Source: Acidimicrobiia bacterium (GTDB taxonomy: Bacteria > Actinomycetota > Acidimicrobiia > Spongiisociales > UBA5794). Taken from it: a DNA stretch of 56,103 nucleotides. The stretch spans positions 1-56,103 of the forward strand of contig JARFRN010000149.1 of the NCBI GenBank assembly GCA_029287195.1, written 5' to 3'. The notes beneath the pieces are model-generated. The model saw only the letters and a program-made list of their open reading frames with translations. It was not told where the DNA came from and did not search any database. The translations under genes and the position numbers were made by a program. Of this stretch, positions 49,200-56,103 are shown piece by piece; position 1 is the first letter of the stretch; each line of letters starts with the position of its first letter.

Positions 49200-51844
49200 T
49201 CGCCGCCGGAATCTGCCAGCGCCAGCGCAACCGCGTCGGTCACGGACATGGTCCGGCCTTCCGCATAGACTGCTCCCAACTCACCGTCGAGCAGGCCGAG
49301 GCTGTCGGGATCGATGTGTGACGTTGCACTGATTCCTACTCTGACCAGATCTACGCCGGTCTCGTCGCGCAGGCCGGTCATGGCTCCGGCGAGCCGCGCA
49401 CCCAGTACCGAGTCACCCCGTTCAATTGCCAGGTAGGCAAAAGCGGCGAGATACATGACGACGGCGGAGACATCGGAGATGTCGAACAACCGCATGCCCC
49501 GCTGGAGATGGCGTCTTGCACTCTCGTACTCCCCGAGCCTGACCAGCACCTCACCTTGGGTATAGAGGGCCCAGCCCAATCCAAATCGATCATCGAGCCG
49601 CTCGAACGCGGCAACACTCTCGTCGAAGCAATGCCGTGCCTCGACCAATTCCCCAGACGCGGCCCAGGCATCGCCCAGGCCCCACCTCGCAGCCGCCATG
49701 CCCGCCTCATCGCCGAGATCGGCAAACATCGCGTGCGCCTCACCGAAGAGCGCCCGAGCGCGGGCGGCATCACCCTCGTAGTTGCGGGCAAACGCCAGGT
49801 TGTACAAGGCATAGGCGATCGGTCCCGGTTCACCGAGGATCCGGAACAAGCCGAGAGCCTCCTCGTAGAACTCCCGGGCCGACTCCATGTCACCGGACCA
49901 ATAGGCAACGCCACCCGCTGCTTCCAAAGCTTTCGCCCGTGACGCGATCGAGGCCCCTTCGATCAGGAGAAGGTTCTGGAGGAGGCCCCCGGCTGAGAAC
50001 AGCAGCCCCCGCATGTGATAGAAGCGCCACAGCGACGCCGCCATCTCGAAGGCCATGTCGATTTCGTCGTGCTCCACGGCCCACTGCTGCGCTTTTCGCA
50101 GGTTGTCGTGGTCGGCCGACAGTTTGCTCAGCCATTCACTCGCTCCCGAACCGGTCAGGTTGGGTTCGGCGGCTGCACTGAGGCGGGCATAGGCCCGCGC
50201 ATGACGTTCGGCGGTTTCCGCCATCCGGCCGGATACTGCGAGCTTTCGTTCAGCGAACTGCCGAACCACCTCGAGCATCCGAAATCGGACGTCCCCGGCA
50301 GCCTCAGATCGAACGACGAGGCTGTGCTCGACCAGAGTTTCCAACCCTTGGAGCGGCTCGTTGCCGAGCTCGGGACCGGCAACAGCGGAGATCTGTTCCA
50401 GCCCCGCTCCCCCTGCAAATACGGCCATCGCTGCCAGCAATGTCTGCGCCGGCTCCGGCAGCAGGTCGTAGCTCCACGCGATCACATGGTCCATGGTCCG
50501 CTGCCGGGCGGGCAGATCCCGGCTGCCCTCGCCTGCCATCACGTGCTCGAGATTCTCGAGGATGGCTCGAGGAGACAGAGTTCTGACCCGTGATGCGGCC
50601 AGTTCGATGGCAAGCGGCAACCCGTCGAGTCGCGCGACCAGCTCGGCCACAATCTGAGCTGCCCGATCGTCCAGTACAAAGGATGGGCGCACCGACTTGG
50701 CCCGATCGGCAAAGAGGGCAACAGAGTCGACTTCCATCAGCGCCGCCGCAGAGGCTGCTCCGAGATCAGGCGTGGCCAGCGGCGGGATCGGCATCTCCTG
50801 CTCACCGGCCAACCGCAGCGGAGTGCGGGAAGTGGCGATGATCTTCGTGTCGATCGATGCCTGCAGGATTCGTAGTGCAATCGGTGCCGCCGCAATCAGG
50901 TGCTCGAAATTGTCCAACACCAGCAGGAGGTTGCGTCGAGCAACGTAGGCAAGCAGGTGATCCTCCGTTGGAGTGGATGCCTGCGCAACGTGATCAGAGA
51001 ACGATTCGAGGATTTTGGCGGGAACTTCTTCCGGATCGGCGATGCCCGCCAGAGCAACGAAGTGCGCCCCGTCGGCGAAGTCGGTGGAGACCATACGCGC
51101 AAGCTCGAGCGCAAGACGAGACTTGCCGGTGCCTCCCGGGCCGGTCAGCGTGAGGAGCCGGGAGCCGGCCAGCAGCGACTGCGCCTGCCGCACCTCGTCC
51201 CGGCGTCCAACAAAGGAACTGAGCTGGGTCGGCAGATTGTCGCGCACGGCACTGAGCGAGCGCGGAGCCGCCTGATTGTCGGGCAACCCGGCGATCACCA
51301 GCCGGAAAAGCCGCACCGGAGTGTCGAGATCTCTGAGCACATGCTCGCCCAAGTCACGGGCGACGACTCCCGGCGGCAAGGAGTGCTCGGCCAGGCTCAT
51401 CGTGGCCGCAGATGCCAGAACCTGCCCGCCGTGCCCTGCGGCCGAGATGCGCGCGGCTCGATGCACCTCGATGCCTACGTAGTCATCTCCACCGACGGCA
51501 CCGATGCCGGTGTGCAGCCCCATCCTGACTTGCACCTTCTCTCCACCGGCGAATTCGTGATCGGCCAACGCCCGCTGCGCTTCCACTGCCGCCGCTACCG
51601 CGGCTGGGGCCGCCGCGAACACGGCGAAGAACGAATCCCCCTCTGTTCGAATCGCTATTCCACCGGTGTCTTCGATGGCCTTGCGTACCAGTTCGTTGTG
51701 AGCCTCGATGATGGCCCGAGAGTTGCCGCCCGCTCGCTGTAGGAGACGAGTCGACCCCTCGATGTCGGTGAACAGGAACGTAACGGTTCCGGTCGGAAGG
51801 TTCGTTGTGGCGTCGATGGCGAACTCCCCCAGCGATGCGCTCAT
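49196..51844 (-). CDS. Class III adenylate/guanylate cyclase + STAND (NB-ARC-like) NTPase + TPR protein
   Basis: LPTGTVTFLFTDIEGST, EGDSFF, RMGLHTG, HRAARI, LGEHVLRD; FVGR, GPGGTGKS, LLVLDNFEHL, LDGLPLAIELAA and WSYDLL; helical repeats at the C-terminus. Confidence 0.93.
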   Translation of the reverse strand: MSASLGEFAIDATTNLPTGTVTFLFTDIEGSTRLLQRAGGNSRAIIEAHNELVRKAIEDTGGIAIRTEGDSFFAVFAAAPAAVAAAVEAQRALADHEFAGGEKVQVRMGLHTGIGAVGGDDYVGIEVHRAARISAAGHGGQVLASAATMSLAEHSLPPGVVARDLGEHVLRDLDTPVRLFRLVIAGLPDNQAAPRSLSAVRDNLPTQLSSFVGRRDEVRQAQSLLAGSRLLTLTGPGGTGKSRLALELARMVSTDFADGAHFVALAGIADPEEVPAKILESFSDHVAQASTPTEDHLLAYVARRNLLLVLDNFEHLIAAAPIALRILQASIDTKIIATSRTPLRLAGEQEMPIPPLATPDLGAASAAALMEVDSVALFADRAKSVRPSFVLDDRAAQIVAELVARLDGLPLAIELAASRVRTLSPRAILENLEHVMAGEGSRDLPARQRTMDHVIAWSYDLLPEPAQTLLAAMAVFAGGAGLEQISAVAGPELGNEPLQGLETLVEHSLVVRSEAAGDVRFRMLEVVRQFAERKLAVSGRMAETAERHARAYARLSAAAEPNLTGSGASEWLSKLSADHDNLRKAQQWAVEHDEIDMAFEMAASLWRFYHMRGLLFSAGGLLQNLLLIEGASIASRAKALEAAGGVAYWSGDMESAREFYEEALGLFRILGEPGPIAYALYNLAFARNYEGDAARARALFGEAHAMFADLGDEAGMAAARWGLGDAWAASGELVEARHCFDESVAAFERLDDRFGLGWALYTQGEVLVRLGEYESARRHLQRGMRLFDISDVSAVVMYLAAFAYLAIERGDSVLGARLAGAMTGLRDETGVDLVRVGISATSHIDPDSLGLLDGELGAVYAEGRTMSVTDAVALALADSGGD

Positions 51845-51881
51845 ACAATAGGCAGGCTACGCCGAGCACCCGGAGAACTCT

Positions 51882-53537
51882 TTGCACCCAGTAATCCTCG
51901 CCGTTGACGATGATCATCTGGTCCTTCGTGCACTCGAACGTGACCTCAGGGAGAGTTTCGGGCAGAGGTACCGTGTTGTCACGGCTGCAACCGGAAGTGA
52001 CGCGCTCGATGCCCTTGCCGAGCTGAAGGCTCGGGGCGCCGGCGTGGCACTTCTCATTGCAGACCAGCGGATGCCGCATATGACCGGCATCGAGTTTCTG
52101 GCCGCAGCGGTGGAGATGGAGTCGAACGCCAAGAGAGTCTTGCTCACGGCCTACGCAGACACAGGGGTTGCGATCGAGGCGATCAACTCGATCAACCTCG
52201 ACCACTATCTGCTGAAACCCTGGGATCCGCCCGAAGAGGGCCTGATTCCCGTACTGGAGGGCTTGCTAGACGACTGGCAAGCAGGCGCCGAGGTTTCGTA
52301 CGAGGGCATCCGGGTCGCCGGAACCATGTGGTCGGCGCAATCCCATGAGGTCAAGGAGTTCCTGGCCCGCAACCGCATCCCATACCGATGGCTCGATATC
52401 GAGCGAGACCGAGCAGCCCGGGCTCTCGTCGAACGGAAAGCCGCGCAACGTCCGCTCCCAATCGTGTTCCTTCCCGACGGGGAGGTTATTGCAGGACCAA
52501 CGCCTCGCCTACTTGCCGAGAGGGCCGGGCTACAGACTGAGGCGGCAGACACCACGTATGACCTGATAATCATCGGCGCCGGACCGGCAGGACTTGCCGC
52601 CGCGGTCAACGCCTCTGCCGAGGGAATGCACACACTGCTCGTCGAAAAATCGGCCACCGGCGGCCAGGCGGGCACTAGTTCCCGGATCGAGAACTACCTT
52701 GGCTTTCCTTCCGGTATCAGCGGCAGCGAGTTGGCGGAACGAGCGACGGTCCAGGCACGACGTCTCGGTACCGAGATCCTGCTGGCCCGTGAAGTCGTCT
52801 CGCTTCGGGTAGGCGACACGTACCGGTACGTACAACTCGATGATGGTACGGAACTCGCCGCAAAGACGGTCCTCATCGCCACCGGGGTGTCGGTTCGAGA
52901 ACTCGAAGCTCCGGGGGTTGCCAGACTCGGCGGAGCCGGGATCTACTACGGCGCTGCCTTGACCGAAGCCGCCAATTACGTCGACCGCCCGGTTGTCATC
53001 GTCGGCGGTGCCAATTCCGCCGGTCAGGCGGCGATTCTCTATGCGCGCCACGCCGGCGTTGTGTCCCTGGTGGCCCGGGCGCGGACTCTGGAGCAAGGCA
53101 TGTCCCGCTATCTCGTCGACCAGATCAAGCACGTTCCGAACATCGAAGTGAGGCTCCGGACGGAGGTCGTCGCGGCCCACGGGACGGATCGGTTGGAGGC
53201 AGTATCGGTAGTCGACAAGGATCGCAACACCGTGGAGAGACTTCCGGCTGCGGCGATGGCCATCTTCATCGGTGCTCGCCCCCACACGGAGTTTGCGGCA
53301 GCCACAGTAGAGCGCAGCGGAGCAGGTTCGATCCTGACCGGACTCGATCTGATCCGTGATGGCCGACGACCGAGCGGGTGGCCGCTCAAGCGAGACCCAC
53401 TCCACCTCGAGACGAGCGTTCCCGGTATCTTCGCCGCAGGAGATGTCCGCTTCGGATCCCAAGCGCGCGTCGGCTCTGCTGTCGGATCAGGAGGTGTCGC
53501 GGTTGGCCTGATTCGGGAGTACCTGAAGACGGTCTAG
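51882..53537 (+). CDS. REC domain + glutaredoxin-like linker + thioredoxin-reductase-like FAD oxidoreductase
   Basis: VDDD, ADQRMP, LTAY and KPW; GAGPAG, GGQAGTSSRIENYLGFP, GGANSAGQAA and TSVPGIFAAGDVR. TTG start uncertain. Confidence 0.92.
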   Translation: MHPVILAVDDDHLVLRALERDLRESFGQRYRVVTAATGSDALDALAELKARGAGVALLIADQRMPHMTGIEFLAAAVEMESNAKRVLLTAYADTGVAIEAINSINLDHYLLKPWDPPEEGLIPVLEGLLDDWQAGAEVSYEGIRVAGTMWSAQSHEVKEFLARNRIPYRWLDIERDRAARALVERKAAQRPLPIVFLPDGEVIAGPTPRLLAERAGLQTEAADTTYDLIIIGAGPAGLAAAVNASAEGMHTLLVEKSATGGQAGTSSRIENYLGFPSGISGSELAERATVQARRLGTEILLAREVVSLRVGDTYRYVQLDDGTELAAKTVLIATGVSVRELEAPGVARLGGAGIYYGAALTEAANYVDRPVVIVGGANSAGQAAILYARHAGVVSLVARARTLEQGMSRYLVDQIKHVPNIEVRLRTEVVAAHGTDRLEAVSVVDKDRNTVERLPAAAMAIFIGARPHTEFAAATVERSGAGSILTGLDLIRDGRRPSGWPLKRDPLHLETSVPGIFAAGDVRFGSQARVGSAVGSGGVAVGLIREYLKTV

Positions 53538-53593
53538 GAGATTCGCGCACAGTGCCGCCGCACACACCGACGGTCGGTTGTCGCGCCTCCGCG

Positions 53594-55015
53594 CTATGGA
53601 ACCGCACCGTCGGGTTCGGGGTTGCTTGGCCGGCACGGCAAGGTGACCCTGAAGGCGGTGCGGCCGGGTTCGGACTCGACCGAGATGTCCCCTCCATGGC
53701 GATTCACAACGATCCCGTAGGTGATGTCTAGACCGAGGCCGGTTCCGCTGCCCGGCGGCTTTGTCGTGAAGAAGGCATCGAAGACCCGGCCCACCACGTC
53801 TGCGGGGATGCCCGGTCCGTTGTCCTCGACTGCAACGGTCACGGCATTGTCCGAGGGGATGACACGTAGAAGTATCACCGGGTTGGGCACCGCTGCCTCG
53901 AGCAGTGCATCAGCGGCGTTGTCAATGAGGTTCGTCCATACCTGATTCAGTTCCGCTGCGTAGGCCTGGATGGATTGTGGTTGCCCCTGGTAGTCGCGTC
54001 GCACCTCGATGCTTCCCAGTTTGTGTTTGAGGATGAGCAGCGTGTTGTCGAGCCCCTCTCTCACGTCGACCTCTTGGACCTCGGCCTGGTCCAAGTAGGA
54101 ATATGACTTCAAAGCGCCCACAATCGCCGAGAGTCGCTCTGCCCCTTCTTCGATCTCCCTGACGAGCGATGATGTATCCGACATGGAGCAGAACGCTTCT
54201 ATGGCCAACATCGCATCTTCGGCTCTCAGACCGGCCAGGGCCGCTTCGAGGTCGGCCGGGGCAATCCCTGCATCCGCCAGCATCGCTGCGCGGCTCCAGG
54301 GTTCGCTGACACCCATCCGGCCGATCAACGTTTCGAACTCGGTCTCACGGTCTGCGCGTTCGAGAGCACCGAGCGGCTCGGGACGTTGCCGGGCGGACTC
54401 CAATAGTGCGTCGACCCGGGCCCTGGCTCCCGGCTCGAGGCCGGCGCCTCGCAGATCACCCATCCGCCCCGCGAAAGCTTCCATTGTGCGGGCCAGCTGT
54501 GAGGATCCACGGCGCACTGCGGCCGCCGGATTGTTCATCTCGTGGGCCAGTCCGGCAGTCAGAGTCCCGATCTGCGCCATCCGCTCCGACTGCCGCAGAC
54601 TCGACTCGGTTTCCCTCCATCGAGACAGCAGGACACCGAACAGGGCCCGCGCTGCAGTGGCCGAGGTTTGCAGAAGTTCGTCCATTTGTTGCTTCGGGAT
54701 GGTCACAAATCTCGAGTCGACGCGTGCCCGCACCGTTGCCATTCTTGGAGCAGCGTCGAGCAGTGCCATCTCCCCGATGATTTCGCCTTGCGTGCGCACT
54801 GCCAGCAAGAGCTCCCGGGGTCCGGTGGTCTTTACCACCTCGACCTCGCCGCTGATTATGACGCATGCTCGATCGCCCTCATCGCCCTCACGAAAAACGA
54901 TCGAGCCTGCGGAAGTCTCCTCCTCGTAGGCCCCGGCCGCCAGGAGTTCTAGATCCTGGTCCGACAGGTCTGCCAACAGCGGAATCGCCCGCAACGCATC
55001 TCGCATCACTCTCAC
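53594..55015 (-). CDS. Cytoplasmic histidine kinase with an N-terminal cNMP-binding domain
   Basis: GEMALLDAAPRMAT; H-box LAHEMNNP, ELNQVWTNLIDNA, DNGPGIP, FFTTK and GTGLGL; GTGA overlap with the upstream gene. Confidence 0.94.
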   Translation of the reverse strand: MRVMRDALRAIPLLADLSDQDLELLAAGAYEEETSAGSIVFREGDEGDRACVIISGEVEVVKTTGPRELLLAVRTQGEIIGEMALLDAAPRMATVRARVDSRFVTIPKQQMDELLQTSATAARALFGVLLSRWRETESSLRQSERMAQIGTLTAGLAHEMNNPAAAVRRGSSQLARTMEAFAGRMGDLRGAGLEPGARARVDALLESARQRPEPLGALERADRETEFETLIGRMGVSEPWSRAAMLADAGIAPADLEAALAGLRAEDAMLAIEAFCSMSDTSSLVREIEEGAERLSAIVGALKSYSYLDQAEVQEVDVREGLDNTLLILKHKLGSIEVRRDYQGQPQSIQAYAAELNQVWTNLIDNAADALLEAAVPNPVILLRVIPSDNAVTVAVEDNGPGIPADVVGRVFDAFFTTKPPGSGTGLGLDITYGIVVNRHGGDISVESEPGRTAFRVTLPCRPSNPEPDGAVP

Positions 55016-56103
55016 ACCGACTCGAGATATTTGTGAATCATCGAGATGGCAACAGAACCCTGTCCTACCGCCGACGCGACGCGCCGCACCACCCCTTCAC
55101 GTACATCCCCCGCGGCAAAGATTCCCGGCACACTCGTCTCTTGCATGTAGGGGTCCCGATCGAGCTTCCAGGCAGGTCGCTTCCCTTTGGTGAAGATGTC
55201 GGGACCCGTCAGGATGAAACCGCGGTCATCCGTCTCGACCAGTCCCTTCACAAAGCTCGAGTGTGGAACGGCACCAACAAAGATGAAGATCGCCGAAGCG
55301 TCTCGCTCGGTTTCGTCACCCGTCGCTTCGTTGCGCAGCTTTATCTTCTCGACAATGGATTCGCCGGCGACCTCGATCACTCGAGTGTTCACCAGAACCT
55401 CGATGTTGCCGGTTGAGTTGATCTGATCGACCAGGTACTGGGACATCTTGGCCTCGAGCGAACCGCCCCGAGCTATCAAGGTCACATTCGCAGCGTGTTT
55501 GCTGAACATGATCGCCGCCTGGCCGGCGGAATTGGCGGCCCCAATCACATAGACGTGGCCTCCCGCATACGTTGCAGCCTCGCTGGGTGCAGCTCCGTAG
55601 TAGACGCCGGCGCCCTCGAACCGGTCGTATCCGGGAACGTCCAACTTGCGGACCGTCATCCCGCTCGCGATCAGAAGCGCATGACAGCGAAGCTCGGACC
55701 CGTCGGCAAGGGTCACGATCTTGACTGTGTCATCAACGCTGATCGCCGTCACCTCAGCAGCCGTGATCAATTCTGCGCCGAGTCGTGACGCCTGGGCCGC
55801 AGCACGGCGCGCCAGATCACCGCCGCTGACTCCCGTCGGGAATCCCAGATAGTTTTCGATTCGGGCGCTGGTGCCCGCCTGACCACCCGGGGCATCCTTC
55901 TCGAGTAGAGCCACTCGAAGACCCTCGGAGGCCCCGTAAACCGCTCCGGCCAATCCGGCCGGGCCACCGCCGATGATGACGACGTCGTAGAACGGACTAA
56001 CGGCCTCGGTGTGCAGGCCGATCTCTCCGGCCAGGGTGCGGCGATCTGGCTTGACCAGTGGGTCTCGACCTGGAATCAGCACAACCGGAATGGAACCCTC
56101 GGT
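55012..56103 (-). CDS. Second thioredoxin-reductase-like FAD oxidoreductase (5' end beyond the window)
   Basis: Frame open to the window edge (TEGSIPVVLIPG...); GGGPAG, GGQAGTSARIENYLGFP, GVYYGA, GAANSAGQAA and TSVPGIFAAGDVR. Confidence 0.92.
   Translation of the reverse strand, partial: TEGSIPVVLIPGRDPLVKPDRRTLAGEIGLHTEAVSPFYDVVIIGGGPAGLAGAVYGASEGLRVALLEKDAPGGQAGTSARIENYLGFPTGVSGGDLARRAAAQASRLGAELITAAEVTAISVDDTVKIVTLADGSELRCHALLIASGMTVRKLDVPGYDRFEGAGVYYGAAPSEAATYAGGHVYVIGAANSAGQAAIMFSKHAANVTLIARGGSLEAKMSQYLVDQINSTGNIEVLVNTRVIEVAGESIVEKIKLRNEATGDETERDASAIFIFVGAVPHSSFVKGLVETDDRGFILTGPDIFTKGKRPAWKLDRDPYMQETSVPGIFAAGDVREGVVRRVASAVGQGSVAISMIHKYLESV

Noticed and set aside
1-56103. CRISPR arrays, rRNA, transposases, integrases and prophage genes
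   Set aside because: No regularly spaced direct repeats or corresponding motifs were seen by eye.

Overview
High-GC window with an actinobacterial gene repertoire (Acidimicrobiia-like by inference, not proven). It holds about 42 CDS and three decayed gene remnants; I saw no rRNA, intact tRNA, CRISPR array or mobile element. The left part carries an amidase (cut by the window edge), ATP-type pckA, a treS-maltokinase fusion, otsA and a secreted LTD/OB/EEP nuclease. The centre has an oleA-oleBC-oleD olefin/beta-lactone cluster followed by a nitrilase and a metallophosphoesterase, then a LigD-type primase-polymerase, an MFS pump, a peptidase S51-CysRS C-terminal fusion, and an ABC exporter with its two-component system. 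Best candidates for undescribed biology: (1) a right-end signalling island combining a stand-alone cNMP-binding protein, a class III cyclase-STAND-TPR protein, a cNMP-binding histidine kinase and two CxxC-less thioredoxin-reductase-like flavoproteins, one REC-fused and entirely cysteine-free; (2) a ZIP-family metal transporter with two degenerate cNMP-binding domains inserted in its TM3-TM4 loop; (3) a circularly permuted lamin-tail domain inserted inside the nuclease catalytic domain. Many genes appear to be leaderless. All calls come from motif recognition by eye; no searches were run.
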